This document shows positions 29,031-39,243 of a stretch of DNA of 64,000 nucleotides, piece by piece; positions within the stretch are counted from its first letter, which is position 1, and each line of letters begins with the position of its first letter. The notes beneath the pieces were generated by a model. It was not told where the DNA came from. It saw only the letters and a list, made by a program, of their open reading frames with translations, and searched no databases. The stretch comes from Escherichia phage 310Ecol104PP: the sequence record OR062946.1; one strand, given 5' to 3'. The position numbers and the translations under genes were made by a program.

Positions 29031-29290
29031 TTAAAATATTCTCGCAGTTGGTCAAATCCACCAATATGACTTCCATCAGGAGCAAATACCTGAGGCATTG
29101 TCAAGCCGATTTGAGTATCACGACCTAGTTTCGTCAGAAGCTCAGCAATTTTCTCATCATCAAAAACACCTTTTTCCGGCATAATGTTGATAAATTCAAA
29201 CGGCTGTTTCTTCACAGTCAAAAGACGTTTTGCATTATCGCAATACACACATTTATGAATGTTGCTATCATAACCATATACTTTAAACAT
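29027..29290 (-). CDS. nrdC: NrdC thioredoxin/glutaredoxin
   Basis: 87 aa MFKVYGYDSNIHKCVYCDNAKRLL; CVYC active site; matches recalled T4 NrdC. Confidence 0.9.
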   Translation of the reverse strand: MFKVYGYDSNIHKCVYCDNAKRLLTVKKQPFEFINIMPEKGVFDDEKIAELLTKLGRDTQIGLTMPQVFAPDGSHIGGFDQLREYFK

Positions 29291-29291
29291 A

Positions 29292-29534
29292 TTATTCTTT
29301 AATTCCTAGTACTTGTTTAAAAGTCTCGTCGTAATCAAGACTTTGGCCCGTTTGTTCTTTATGTTTGTATATAATATCACTTACTTCTGATAGCATATTT
29401 TTGTATGAACGAGTTACAGCAGATTTAAGCACGCTGTATCTATCAGGAAATTTACCATGTTCATTATAATAAGCTATTGCTAATTCACGGACTGCCTTTT
29501 CAGCAGTCTCCATATATTCTTTACGCTTGGTCAT
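29292..29534 (-). CDS. hypothetical protein, 80 aa
   Basis: ORF track. Confidence 0.5.
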   Translation of the reverse strand: MTKRKEYMETAEKAVRELAIAYYNEHGKFPDRYSVLKSAVTRSYKNMLSEVSDIIYKHKEQTGQSLDYDETFKQVLGIKE

Positions 29535-29536
29535 TT

Positions 29537-29926
29537 TTAATCCAAAATATTATTAGGCATTGGTTGAACACTCACAAGTTCTTTAAAGAACTCAGTAGAG
29601 TCAGGCAATTTAACCATTTCCGGAGCATGCTTATTAAATTTATGTTTACAATGACGGCATTTATATTCAAGCTCTGGTTTACGCCAGTTAATCAATTGAA
29701 CTTGTTCAGTACCGCATTCAGGGCAATTAGGAACGTTTTTAGAAGCTCTTTCACGTCGTTCAACCATAGCCATAATAGCATCCCATGCTGGAGGTTTAAA
29801 ATCTAAATCGTCGCAGCCGTGAATCTTTCCACGCATTTCCATATCATCTTCCTCACCAGCCATAATAATTTTAATTAAACTGGAATTACTTGAAGCTGCA
29901 ATGTCTTCTAATAAACGCTTTTTCAT
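29537..29926 (-). CDS. zinc-ribbon protein, 129 aa
   Basis: CPECG...CRHCKHKF four-Cys ribbon. Confidence 0.5.
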   Translation of the reverse strand: MKKRLLEDIAASSNSSLIKIIMAGEEDDMEMRGKIHGCDDLDFKPPAWDAIMAMVERRERASKNVPNCPECGTEQVQLINWRKPELEYKCRHCKHKFNKHAPEMVKLPDSTEFFKELVSVQPMPNNILD

Positions 29927-30852
29927 TTCAATACCTCAATAGCATTACGTAAACCATTTGCTTTTGCATTAAGAGCTTTTAACAATTTGGTGTGTTCTGC
30001 AATTTGGGCTTCAACTTCAATCAAACGGGCATTGAGATATTCGCGTTCTTCACTCAGATTATCAACCTTTTCTACTTTAGGCTCTTTTACAACTGTCTTA
30101 TATGTATTAGGGTTCTTCAGTTTAATTAGAATGCGTGAACTGTATAACATTGAACCATTATCTTCGGTTTCGTCATACATTTCCACTACGTCCATAATTT
30201 TTAACATCATGCGGAGTTTATAAGACAACGAACGAATAGTTTTGTTGTGCTTATTAATTTCTTTAGCTGTCATGGTGCCAAGATTACGTGAGTAATAATA
30301 AGGAACCTGGATATTAATTAATACTGATGAACCACCTGGCTTGTGTGTTACTTCATCAGCAATAACCCAGTCCTTAACATGAACTGTATTTGTACGGTCA
30401 TCGCCCGCGGTAAATAGTTTGCGAGCATGCTTAAAAAGCATATTCACTTGGTCATTGAATTGACAAGCAAATTTATCAGCAAATTTAGTTTCAGGAATGG
30501 TAGATAACCAATCAGCCAAATGAGTCTTTTTAACATCGTTAACAATAGTAAATTCAACCAAATCGGTTATAGATGTCTCAGATTTAATAAAGCTCGGCTT
30601 CATAAAGTTTTTAATGTTATCGTGAGCTACAGTAGAAGATAACATACGAGAACGTTTAAACCATTCAAGCAAATTGCCTAACGAATGAGAATAAGCGTTT
30701 TGAGTATCTTTACAGATATGATTTTCCTGGCCAACATATTGAAGGAAATCACGAAGAATATTATTGATTACTGCTCTGTGTCCTATCTGATAATTACGAT
30801 GTTTAGTAATAAGACTGTCAAAATAATCAATATAATGTTTACGAGTTTTCAT
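29923..30852 (-). CDS. hypothetical protein, 309 aa, C-terminal coiled coil
   Basis: ORF track; first of four tandem genes with heptad-rich C-termini. Confidence 0.6.
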   Translation of the reverse strand: MKTRKHYIDYFDSLITKHRNYQIGHRAVINNILRDFLQYVGQENHICKDTQNAYSHSLGNLLEWFKRSRMLSSTVAHDNIKNFMKPSFIKSETSITDLVEFTIVNDVKKTHLADWLSTIPETKFADKFACQFNDQVNMLFKHARKLFTAGDDRTNTVHVKDWVIADEVTHKPGGSSVLINIQVPYYYSRNLGTMTAKEINKHNKTIRSLSYKLRMMLKIMDVVEMYDETEDNGSMLYSSRILIKLKNPNTYKTVVKEPKVEKVDNLSEEREYLNARLIEVEAQIAEHTKLLKALNAKANGLRNAIEVLK

Positions 30853-30904
30853 GTTCTTCTCACTTGGTTAATGATTTATGCTCCGAGCCATCCTTGGCTT
30901 TAAA

Positions 30905-31906
30905 TTACTTAATTAACTGTAAAGCTTGTTCAAGACGATCCAAGCGATTGACAGATTCTTCCCAAATCTTTTTAGCCTGCTCATATTCTTTCTGCGCTTT
31001 ATTAGAAATTTCTAGAACTTCTTTATAAGCTTTTTCTAATGCAATAACTTCTGGACGAATTTCTGCCGGTTCAGGCGAATCATCAAGATTATCCATTAGT
31101 TCCTCAAGGGTAGTTTCTTCTTTAGAAGTATTCACAATTTCCTCACATTTTTGTTGATAAATTTCTTTATCAGTAGGTGAATAAGCACATTTCACTTCAC
31201 GAAGACTAATTACAATTTTATATCCTTCCCATCCGCATATATTCTTAAAAGGATATGTATGAATATTTTCTACTGTTTCCATACAAAGTAATGCAGTCTC
31301 TAACTGACGAGTTATAGTGCTAGCAATTGAGAAAAATTTATTAATATTCTTTTGGTTAGCGTTTGGTGTAAAAAATCCATAATTCACAAAAATAGCTACT
31401 TTATTTTCATCAAGCTCATATTCTTTTACGATAATCATATCAGAAGCCAAAGGATGAATTTGACGATAATCGCCATAACATAATTTAGAAGCTGATTTTA
31501 GAATTTGTCCTTTGAAAAGTCTGAAATTACTAATCCAACGACGAGTAAAAATATTCTCAGGGTCTTCTTTATTATTAAGATGATAAGAATTAACATCACC
31601 GAACCAATTATATCCTACTACATCTTTGGTTCGTTTAATTTCTTTCCCAAAATTACCAAGAATATCCCGATTAACCAAATATGAAAGAAGACGAGACTCT
31701 TTAAAAGTTTTTTTGATAACATCTTTATCTACACGGCTAGAAATTTTACGAATTTCATGAATAAATTTAGTAGAAGAAACAATACTTGCATCAACACTAT
31801 TGAGCCATTGATTGATAATAGAAAGAACGATATTTTGACCAAACATCGGTATAGCTTTATCATCAATAACGCTGTTGAACGATTTAATATATTCGTTGCG
31901 AGTCAT
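30905..31906 (-). CDS. hypothetical protein, about 333 aa, C-terminal coiled coil
   Basis: track ORF to 31936; likely start ATG 31906 (MTRNEYIKSF) after GAGGAG and early promoter. Confidence 0.6.
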   Translation of the reverse strand: MTRNEYIKSFNSVIDDKAIPMFGQNIVLSIINQWLNSVDASIVSSTKFIHEIRKISSRVDKDVIKKTFKESRLLSYLVNRDILGNFGKEIKRTKDVVGYNWFGDVNSYHLNNKEDPENIFTRRWISNFRLFKGQILKSASKLCYGDYRQIHPLASDMIIVKEYELDENKVAIFVNYGFFTPNANQKNINKFFSIASTITRQLETALLCMETVENIHTYPFKNICGWEGYKIVISLREVKCAYSPTDKEIYQQKCEEIVNTSKEETTLEELMDNLDDSPEPAEIRPEVIALEKAYKEVLEISNKAQKEYEQAKKIWEESVNRLDRLEQALQLIK

Positions 31907-31924
31907 ATTAATCTCCTCAGTAGA

Positions 31925-31954
31925 AAGTAAGAACATTATACCACATCCTTGTGG
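31925..31954 (-). promoter_or_regulatory. T4-type early promoter
   Basis: GTTTAC, 18 nt, TATAAT (perfect -10). Confidence 0.6.
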
Positions 31955-31963
31955 CGAAGTAAA

Positions 31964-32983
31964 CTAGTTTAGTGCATTTAGTGCGTTGTTCAGTTTAGAA
32001 CGTTGCTTCGTGAGATTTTTGACTTTTTCTTGTGCTTTTTCTAGCATCTTTTCAGCTTCTAACACTTCATTGGTCGCTTTAACGAGTTCATCATCTACTG
32101 CCTTAAGAGACTTCTCAATCGCATCCGCGTGCCATTTTTCAACAGGTTTAAGACTCGGATTTTCAATAGGAAGAAAATTCGCTTTATTAAATTTCCATGC
32201 ATCTTTATTACCTGAGCTATACATCCAAAATTTAGGATCGTTTGATGAGCAATTAGATAAATTTAAGTTATCTTGCACTTCCTGCTTTTTCTCTTGCGTG
32301 ACTTCGTCTTTTCTCAAAAAATCATATTTAAATGAAACGATCATATCAAGTTCATATGTTGTTGTATGTTCCCAATTTCGCTCAAAACGAGGTAAAATCT
32401 TAGACTGAACAGCGGCAACAACATCCATATACTTAAATGCTTCTGTCAACTGTGATTTAAGGCATTCACAAATTGAAAGAGAATTTTTTGTATTAGGTTT
32501 AAAGCTAATTCGTGCAGTTCTATTATTTTCTTTTAACGGTCTTACTTCCATCTGAAGAGTATAACCATCAAATTTCAGATTCTTTAAGTTAATATCAGAG
32601 CCTTTTAATCGACTAGCAGTAGACAAAATTTGCTTTAATTGTTTACGAAATAGAGCAATAAATCTCCATTCAATACGATAATGATTTGGATTAAAAAATC
32701 CTGTTGATAAATCAACCTTACTCTGACCAACGCCTTGAACAAATAGAGGATTTTTATAATCAATAGTTTTACAGAAATCGGTGAGCTGCTCACGAGCAGT
32801 CATTTGTGTAATATATCCCGCTTTACTAAAATGACGTAACCATTCACTGCTATTCATATACTTAAAGTGAATATCACGATTAACTTTATCAGGGTCTAAA
32901 TTATTTTGGCACAAAAATGTCATAACATTACGGGTATAGCTGGCATTACGAACCATATCTTCGATTTGAGAACGAGTTTTCAT
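31964..32983 (-). CDS. hypothetical protein, 339 aa, C-terminal coiled coil
   Basis: ORF track. Confidence 0.6.
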   Translation of the reverse strand: MKTRSQIEDMVRNASYTRNVMTFLCQNNLDPDKVNRDIHFKYMNSSEWLRHFSKAGYITQMTAREQLTDFCKTIDYKNPLFVQGVGQSKVDLSTGFFNPNHYRIEWRFIALFRKQLKQILSTASRLKGSDINLKNLKFDGYTLQMEVRPLKENNRTARISFKPNTKNSLSICECLKSQLTEAFKYMDVVAAVQSKILPRFERNWEHTTTYELDMIVSFKYDFLRKDEVTQEKKQEVQDNLNLSNCSSNDPKFWMYSSGNKDAWKFNKANFLPIENPSLKPVEKWHADAIEKSLKAVDDELVKATNEVLEAEKMLEKAQEKVKNLTKQRSKLNNALNALN

Positions 32984-32991
32984 GGTGTTCC

Positions 32992-33900
32992 TTAAGATTT
33001 AAGTAAATCAACAATTTTAATTAATTTTTCACGCTCAGATTTAGCTTTACTACTCAATCCAGATAGTCTGAAAATTTCATCGTCATACTGTTGAATAGAA
33101 ATATTCAGCTCTTCAATTTGCTTATTAAAATAATCAATTTGCTCAGAATGTTTTTCATTACTGCGAACTGGTACAGGTTTTGTAGGCAATTTAGTTAAAC
33201 TGGATTCATCCGGGCGATAAATTAAAATACAACTTGAACCAATCGGGCATTTAGCACCAGACACATATTCTAATGTTCCGGCTTCTTTTAAAACTTCAAA
33301 AGCTAAACAGAGATGATGCCCCATATTAACATAATCTGTAGAGCGAGCTCTGACGTAATAATCATCGCCGCGAATACTAAATTTAAAGCATTTAAGGTCT
33401 TCTGTATTATTGGTCTTAAAAATCATTTGTTTATCTAGACCTTTAGCTAATCGAGCGCCTAATGCTAATAATCGTCGTTGATTTTCCCACAAATCCGCAA
33501 TCATTTGATCGAATGATAATTTCGGCATTAGTCGACCATAAAGGTCATATCCTTTATTATAATTGCGAAGGATTTCACTCGCGTTAATACGAGACAACGC
33601 TCCAATTTTATTAAGGGCTTTCATGATGCGATTAGATAAACCCATTCCAGACCCGTTTGTTCGTTGTAAATGTTTATCTAATCCAAACCCAATATCAACT
33701 TTAAATTTATCTAAAATTTCAGCATGAACATCTCTGTCAATAACATTCAAATCCAAAGTTGGGTTAAATCTATGAAAAAATTTATCTGGCTCTCCACGAC
33801 GAAGTATAGTCCATTCATTCAATTTTTTATTAACTAAAGATTTAATTACTGCATTGACATTATTAATTACTACTGACATATTTTCCTCACTCAATTTCAA
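32992..33900 (-). CDS. hypothetical protein, 302 aa, C-terminal coiled coil
   Basis: ORF track. Confidence 0.6.
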   Translation of the reverse strand: MKLSEENMSVVINNVNAVIKSLVNKKLNEWTILRRGEPDKFFHRFNPTLDLNVIDRDVHAEILDKFKVDIGFGLDKHLQRTNGSGMGLSNRIMKALNKIGALSRINASEILRNYNKGYDLYGRLMPKLSFDQMIADLWENQRRLLALGARLAKGLDKQMIFKTNNTEDLKCFKFSIRGDDYYVRARSTDYVNMGHHLCLAFEVLKEAGTLEYVSGAKCPIGSSCILIYRPDESSLTKLPTKPVPVRSNEKHSEQIDYFNKQIEELNISIQQYDDEIFRLSGLSSKAKSEREKLIKIVDLLKS

Positions 33901-34294
33901 TTTTACTAAATATACAGAATAAGATGGAACAGACTATATAAGCACCACACACAGATTGAACTAATACCATTCCAAAGAACCAAACAATATTATCAAACAA
34001 TGTCTGTTTTACGTCGAAAGGACGTAAACTTACAGTAATATTATCGCCTTTTTCTATTGATGAATACATCTCTGGTGAAATATATTCGCTAAATCTATAA
34101 CCGTCTTTGAGTTCATATACAGCAATAAACGATAAACTAGACCCCTTTCCTTGAGTTCCTGTAAAGGTATTAACTACAGTAACATCATAATCTTTATAAT
34201 GCATATAATCATTAATTGCGTAATAACTATATGCAACTACTACGCATAAACAACATATCAATAAATTCAATCTTTTAATTATCAACTGTTTCAT
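33887..34294 (-). CDS. membrane protein, 135 aa
   Basis: hydrophobic segments at both N- and C-terminus. Confidence 0.5.
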   Translation of the reverse strand: MKQLIIKRLNLLICCLCVVVAYSYYAINDYMHYKDYDVTVVNTFTGTQGKGSSLSFIAVYELKDGYRFSEYISPEMYSSIEKGDNITVSLRPFDVKQTLFDNIVWFFGMVLVQSVCGAYIVCSILFCIFSKIEIE

Positions 34295-34349
34295 AATAAT
34301 CTCAATTAAAAGGGCTTAGAACCATTATACCATCCTTGGTATAAAGCGG

Positions 34350-34877
34350 TTATGCGAGTACCGTCTTTAACCGTTCTTCAAACTTCCGAAGAGTATTTTG
34401 GCGTTCAGCTCTTTGCTTTTTGTAAGTTTCAATACGCTCTGAAATGAGAGTGTATCGTTCATTTACTGATTCTTTCATAAAATCAGGAATTTCACGAGAA
34501 GCTTTAATCTCATCAAATTTATCAATAACAGCTTGCTCTTCAGCAATTAAGTTATCATACATCAAAATATCTTTCTTGATGAACTCAATATCTTCTTGAG
34601 TTACACGAGATAATTTAGATGCTTTATCCTTTTTGTACTGTTCGTTAGTATCACGAGACCAGTGTAATGTACGATTTTTATTCGTATTCTTGTAAATTTC
34701 TACAATACCAATCTCATCGATAATAACGATCCAATTCCAACGAGATTTGTAAATTTGTCCTCCGTCAACCGTGATTTCACCTCCGATTGAGATGTCATTA
34801 AAGAACTTGCTTTGCGCTTCAGATTTAAATTTACCATCGTTGTAATTTACCAGGTTGAAAATATCTTTAGCGTTCAT
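34350..34877 (-). CDS. hypothetical protein, about 175 aa
   Basis: track ORF extends through promoter; likely start ATG 34877 (MNAKDIF). Confidence 0.5.
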   Translation of the reverse strand: MNAKDIFNLVNYNDGKFKSEAQSKFFNDISIGGEITVDGGQIYKSRWNWIVIIDEIGIVEIYKNTNKNRTLHWSRDTNEQYKKDKASKLSRVTQEDIEFIKKDILMYDNLIAEEQAVIDKFDEIKASREIPDFMKESVNERYTLISERIETYKKQRAERQNTLRKFEERLKTVLA

Positions 34878-34905
34878 TTTGTGTTCCTCCGTAGTTGATA
34901 GTTGT

Positions 34906-34935
34906 ATAGTACCACAGAGGAACGGTCTTGTAAAC
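34906..34935 (-). promoter_or_regulatory. T4-type early promoter
   Basis: GTTTAC, 18 nt, TACTAT; 40-nt block identical to 9611..9650. Confidence 0.6.
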
Positions 34936-34937
34936 AA

Positions 34938-35240
34938 CTAAAAGAAACTTCTTTCACAATTTTTTCCACTGAACCACGCACTCACTGCTTTCTTAGTCTC
35001 AGGAGCAGTGTTATCCATAAACCATTCAAAGGCAGCCTTTTTATGATTCTGGAGGGCTTCTCGGGCTTTAATCTGCTCACGGTCTATTAACACTAACATA
35101 TGAGCCTTTCTTGTCACCAGGGGCTTCTTATGATTTTTTGAATACTCCCAATCATTTGTCCATCGCATCGTTGTTGCGAATTGAAGTACAGCTTCCTTAA
35201 TCTTAGTTTCGTAAATTTCACGAGCCTTTGAGTATAACAT
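34938..35240 (-). CDS. hypothetical protein, about 100 aa
   Basis: likely start ATG 35240 (MLYSKAREIY) after GGAGG. Confidence 0.5.
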   Translation of the reverse strand: MLYSKAREIYETKIKEAVLQFATTMRWTNDWEYSKNHKKPLVTRKAHMLVLIDREQIKAREALQNHKKAAFEWFMDNTAPETKKAVSAWFSGKNCERSFF

Positions 35241-35341
35241 CACTACCTCCATTTACCAGTTTAATTCTAGTCATCTTTTTGATGGCAGTCCATATAATCT
35301 ATTTCTGAACTGCCTTTTTGTCATAGAAGTCCTCTTATGAA

Positions 35342-36310
35342 TTATTTCAGAAGAGTAACCTCAGCGATTTCTTCCCAACCGTTTTTGTCGGTCATAATAA
35401 AGTCAGCAAGATAAAGAGCAGTACGCAGTGAAACATTGCGTAAACGATTAACATTGAATTTCATCCATGATAATGCTTTATAAGTTTCTTCATCAGAAAG
35501 ACCGCGTTTTTGCATCATGTCAGTTGAAAGAATAACATCTTCAACCCTGACCATAATTTCTTCATTAGTGTGAACACCCAAATCCAAATAAACTGAGCGG
35601 GACACTAGCGCTTGTAAATGTGGAGCAAGTTTAGTACCACGGTCTAATTCGCGGTCAATGTCAACGTTTGTGATAAAAACAATCGTTCCTTTAAATTCAA
35701 ACTCACGGTCAATGCCTTTTTCTTCTAAGTAAGAAGATGCAGTGCTCCAGCAGACTTTACGGGTCTCTCCAGTGTCCAGAGCAGCTTTCAGAAGATTAAG
35801 AATGTCCATATCAGAGAAAACATCCACATCATCAATCAAAAGGACAGAATTCTCTTCACGATTATTCCAAAGCTGCTCATAAAGACCGATACCAGAGATT
35901 TTACCATTAATGCTTTTATACTCAATGTATCCAATATCATTTGCTTTATTCAAAGCTTTATCTAAAGAATACGTTTTACCAATACCTGCCGCACCAGAGA
36001 TAATTAATGAACGAATATTTCCGTTAATAATACCATTCGTCATCATTCCCATAACATTAAATCTTTTATTAATGCGGGTTTTCATATCTTCATATGATTC
36101 TTTAACTTCTTCAACTTTTACACCATCATATGAAATGTCTGATTTGTAAACCCAAACACCACGACGTTTACCATCAATTTCAACAAAAACTTTACCATCT
36201 CCTTGTGCATCTACCGGAGCATTATCTGGGAACCATTCGCCTAAGAGCTCAAAAGTTCCAGAGATTTCTTTACCGAAGTAGATACCCTTATTGATAGTTA
36301 CAGTTTTCAT
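35342..36310 (-). CDS. AAA-family ATPase
   Basis: 322 aa; Walker A GAAGIGKTY, Walker B VLLIDDVD. Confidence 0.7.
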   Translation of the reverse strand: MKTVTINKGIYFGKEISGTFELLGEWFPDNAPVDAQGDGKVFVEIDGKRRGVWVYKSDISYDGVKVEEVKESYEDMKTRINKRFNVMGMMTNGIINGNIRSLIISGAAGIGKTYSLDKALNKANDIGYIEYKSINGKISGIGLYEQLWNNREENSVLLIDDVDVFSDMDILNLLKAALDTGETRKVCWSTASSYLEEKGIDREFEFKGTIVFITNVDIDRELDRGTKLAPHLQALVSRSVYLDLGVHTNEEIMVRVEDVILSTDMMQKRGLSDEETYKALSWMKFNVNRLRNVSLRTALYLADFIMTDKNGWEEIAEVTLLK

Positions 36311-36337
36311 TTTATTCTCCTTTGATTTGATAGGACT

Positions 36338-36367
36338 ACTATAACATAGTCCTATCAGTTTGTATAC
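36338..36367 (-). promoter_or_regulatory. early-promoter-like element
   Basis: GTATAC (weaker -35), 18 nt, TATAGT; -10 in loop of inverted repeat GATAGGACT/AGTCCTATC. Confidence 0.4.
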
Positions 36368-36568
36368 TTATTTTGACATTTCTTCGATGTCACGACGATA
36401 CCCGTCACGAACTTCACGAAGAGCTTCAAGGCCACACATAGGCTCGATACCAGTAATGTGAACTTGATTAATCTGATACTCTACATCTTCTAACTGAGCG
36501 AAAACATAACGACGTTCAGCTGCACAACCAGATTTAGCTTTACCGAAACGTTTATTCAAAGTAGTCAT
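36368..36568 (-). CDS. hypothetical protein, 66 aa
   Basis: ORF track. Confidence 0.45.
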   Translation of the reverse strand: MTTLNKRFGKAKSGCAAERRYVFAQLEDVEYQINQVHITGIEPMCGLEALREVRDGYRRDIEEMSK

Positions 36569-36606
36569 TTTGTATCTCCAATTTACTCATTTGTTTTGAT
36601 AGGTCT

Positions 36607-36636
36607 ATAGTATCAACAACTACAGACCATGTAAAC
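36607..36636 (-). promoter_or_regulatory. T4-type early promoter
   Basis: GTTTAC, 18 nt, TACTAT. Confidence 0.55.
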
Positions 36637-36660
36637 CGTTTTGTGAAAAATTTTTGAAAT

Positions 36661-36684
36661 AAAAAAGGGAGCCCGAAGGCTCCC
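36661..36684 (-). terminator. intrinsic terminator
   Basis: GGGAGCC-CGAA-GGCTCCC hairpin followed by U6 on minus strand. Confidence 0.65.
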
Positions 36685-36686
36685 TA

Positions 36687-37700
36687 TCATTTATAATAAC
36701 TTCGGTGGTTTTCAAGATAGACCTTCTCAAGGAAGTCATCCCAGAAACTCATGTCTACTGTTTTAGGCATACCGTTCTTAGAAGCTTCAGTAGATGCTGC
36801 TTCTACTTGATCGACCACATCTTCCAAAAACTCTTGAACTGTTTTAAATGGATGTTTACCCAACTTCACGTCGAGAATAAATGGAGCATCTTGAAGTGGA
36901 TAGACTAAGTCACCAGTTTTGTAAATTTCCAATAGTTGGAGTCCACCACGACAAGCATGACTTAGTGCTTTCCAATCAATGCCTTCATTGGCTTCGGCCT
37001 TACGAGCACGTTCACCGTATTCAGCATCTAATTTGTTCAGTGACTGCTTAAGCTCAATAAGAGAAAGCGTTGTCTGATATTTACGACCCAACACAGTGTA
37101 GAACGTTTGTGGGCCTGTTTTCTCATGATTATGGAACACCCATTCACAGAATTCGTTTTCTGGAAGACGATGCTTAATATCTTCAACTTTAGTACGACGC
37201 TGCTTAATGGAACCGTCTTCTTGGTAATCAACCCATTGCTCAGGGATTTGATTAACTACTTTCAATACATCACGTAATGCAGCCAAACGAGAACCCTTGA
37301 CGCCGTATTTAGAAGCTTGCTTGCGGACATATCCTAAATATGATTTCATGTTAGTCGTATAAAAACGAGAACGGTTGTCTTGAATAAACTTCCACACATC
37401 AGGCAAATCGGATTTAACCACTAGTTCAGGTGGAGTGTGAAGCATATCCAACGCTACAGTTTCACCATCTGCTGCTAATTTAAAGAAATATTTAAGACTG
37501 TATAGTTCATGGTCAATATCATCTTTAGTGTTTTTAGATGATGTATTGTTAGTATTTTTACTCATATGCTCTTTAACATTTCCGATAAGAATATCACGAG
37601 CAGGAGGAACAAAGATTTCTTTAAAATCTACATCAGATTCTGGGGTAGAAGTTCCATAAAGATGACTACCAAAATAGCTTTTCATTACTGTTTTCATCAT
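36687..37700 (-). CDS. predicted nucleotidyltransferase (Pol-beta superfamily fold)
   Basis: 337 aa; GSHLYGTSTPESDVDF matches GS-x9-DxD NTase motif. Confidence 0.6.
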   Translation of the reverse strand: MMKTVMKSYFGSHLYGTSTPESDVDFKEIFVPPARDILIGNVKEHMSKNTNNTSSKNTKDDIDHELYSLKYFFKLAADGETVALDMLHTPPELVVKSDLPDVWKFIQDNRSRFYTTNMKSYLGYVRKQASKYGVKGSRLAALRDVLKVVNQIPEQWVDYQEDGSIKQRRTKVEDIKHRLPENEFCEWVFHNHEKTGPQTFYTVLGRKYQTTLSLIELKQSLNKLDAEYGERARKAEANEGIDWKALSHACRGGLQLLEIYKTGDLVYPLQDAPFILDVKLGKHPFKTVQEFLEDVVDQVEAASTEASKNGMPKTVDMSFWDDFLEKVYLENHRSYYK

Positions 37701-38158
37701 TCAGCCTTATATTCAATAACAGGACATACTTTAGCTTTACGAGCTTTTAAAAATTCAACGATAACCGATTTCTTGGGTTGAATAGGAGGTAAACCTTTAT
37801 ACGCCCTATCAATATTTTCTACGTGTAAAGCATAATCCTTTTTCCATTTATAATCTTTATATTTTTCACGCAAATGTGCAGGAATAACAAATGAACCGAT
37901 AATAAGTAAAACAACCAAAAGCGCAAGTATAAATGCTGATGGAAGCAAAGTCCATAAACTACCAAAAATAATCCAACGTTGTAGGCTTTCTGCACAAATA
38001 ATTGTTAGCCCTACGAGTATAGCACATCCAAAAATAGAAACGAAAAATGTAGGAATGGCAATAGACCAAAAATATGCGCACAGTGTCTTAGGTCGTTGCC
38101 ATTCATCGTTAAACAATTTGAATAATTTATAGTGCCAAGAGTTTTCATTAATAATCAT
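37697..38158 (-). CDS. membrane protein, 153 aa
   Basis: three to four hydrophobic helices. Confidence 0.5.
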   Translation of the reverse strand: MIINENSWHYKLFKLFNDEWQRPKTLCAYFWSIAIPTFFVSIFGCAILVGLTIICAESLQRWIIFGSLWTLLPSAFILALLVVLLIIGSFVIPAHLREKYKDYKWKKDYALHVENIDRAYKGLPPIQPKKSVIVEFLKARKAKVCPVIEYKAE

Positions 38159-38160
38159 AA

Positions 38161-38682
38161 TTATCCTTTCATTGAAGGCGTAACGGTTGTTAAATACTTA
38201 ATCATAGCTTCAGCTTCTGATTTTGATAGTGAAATTTCTTCACCGTTTTGGCGAATAGAAACAAAATCTGGATGACGATCACCACCAGCTTTTAAAACAC
38301 ACATATAAGTATCAGCTTCGCCTTCAATATTTGAAATGATTGAAGCAGTTCCACATGAATGCGGTTTTTGATAAATCAATACAGCTTTTCTTCCACCATT
38401 TGACTGTTCATAGGCTTTTAATACATCAAGCAAATCAGTTCTTTTATCAATAGCTAAGATGTTATTTTCATCTTCAATATTAAATCCTTCGGATACTTCA
38501 TAAAGAGTTACCCATAAATCACCGATGTCAATAACAGCATTTACTTTTCCACGGCTTTCAAGAGTATGACAAATTTTCTTGATTTCGTCATAACTCATTT
38601 TAATAATATCATCTCCTTGACTAAGGAAGATGTCATTTTTAAATTCAACACGAATTAAACCGCTTCCACTTGAAATAAACAT
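38161..38682 (-). CDS. hypothetical protein, 173 aa (paralog of next gene)
   Basis: shares GFNIE(D/S)E and C-terminal E-A-x-x-x-K-Y-L-x-x-V-x-P-(S/T)-M motifs with 38689..39243 product. Confidence 0.5.
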   Translation of the reverse strand: MFISSGSGLIRVEFKNDIFLSQGDDIIKMSYDEIKKICHTLESRGKVNAVIDIGDLWVTLYEVSEGFNIEDENNILAIDKRTDLLDVLKAYEQSNGGRKAVLIYQKPHSCGTASIISNIEGEADTYMCVLKAGGDRHPDFVSIRQNGEEISLSKSEAEAMIKYLTTVTPSMKG

Positions 38683-38688
38683 ATTTCC

Positions 38689-39243
38689 TCACTTTGAAAT
38701 CATAGTTGGAATAACAGAATCAAGATAAGTCTTTAGTGCAATAGCTTCGTCTTTGGTAAATGTGACAATATGTGCTCGAGAATCATCAATTTGACGAATA
38801 GTTAAGACATCTCCATCTTCATAACATTTTGATACGTTTAAAACAGTTTCATCATTCTGATTGCAAGCGTTAGTAATAATAGCATTGCAATTTTTAAACC
38901 ATTTTAAACTATGTTTTCTTTCATTAGAATAATAAAAATATTTAATCTTATCTATAAAACTATCCCAATGGATAACTGATAAGCATATTGACTCGCTTTC
39001 AATATTAAATCCTGGGCATGAAGAATAAAAATGAATTTTATGCTCATCATTAATGCTTACAATTTTATCAGTATAAGGATTTTCAATTTGGGTTAAATGA
39101 ATGATTTCACTAGGCGTAAAATATAACATATCGTCTTCTTGTGTCAAACGATACATATTATTTACTTTTTCTATAGCCAATTCACCAAAAAGTGAACTAA
39201 CTTCTAATACTAATCGTTTCATATTAATCCTTTTTATTGGCAC
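38689..39243 (-). CDS. hypothetical protein, 184 aa (paralog of previous gene)
   Basis: ORF track; see paralog note. Confidence 0.5.
   Translation of the reverse strand: MPIKRINMKRLVLEVSSLFGELAIEKVNNMYRLTQEDDMLYFTPSEIIHLTQIENPYTDKIVSINDEHKIHFYSSCPGFNIESESICLSVIHWDSFIDKIKYFYYSNERKHSLKWFKNCNAIITNACNQNDETVLNVSKCYEDGDVLTIRQIDDSRAHIVTFTKDEAIALKTYLDSVIPTMISK

Noticed and set aside
34877-34937. N-terminal extensions reading ...TIQLSTTEE... in several track ORFs (34350..34937, 40405..40638, 52290..52616, 55652..55909, 30905..31936)
   Set aside because: These are in-frame translations of the conserved early-promoter/leader sequence (GTAGTTGATAGTTGTATAGTACCA); true starts are the downstream ATGs with Shine-Dalgarno sites.
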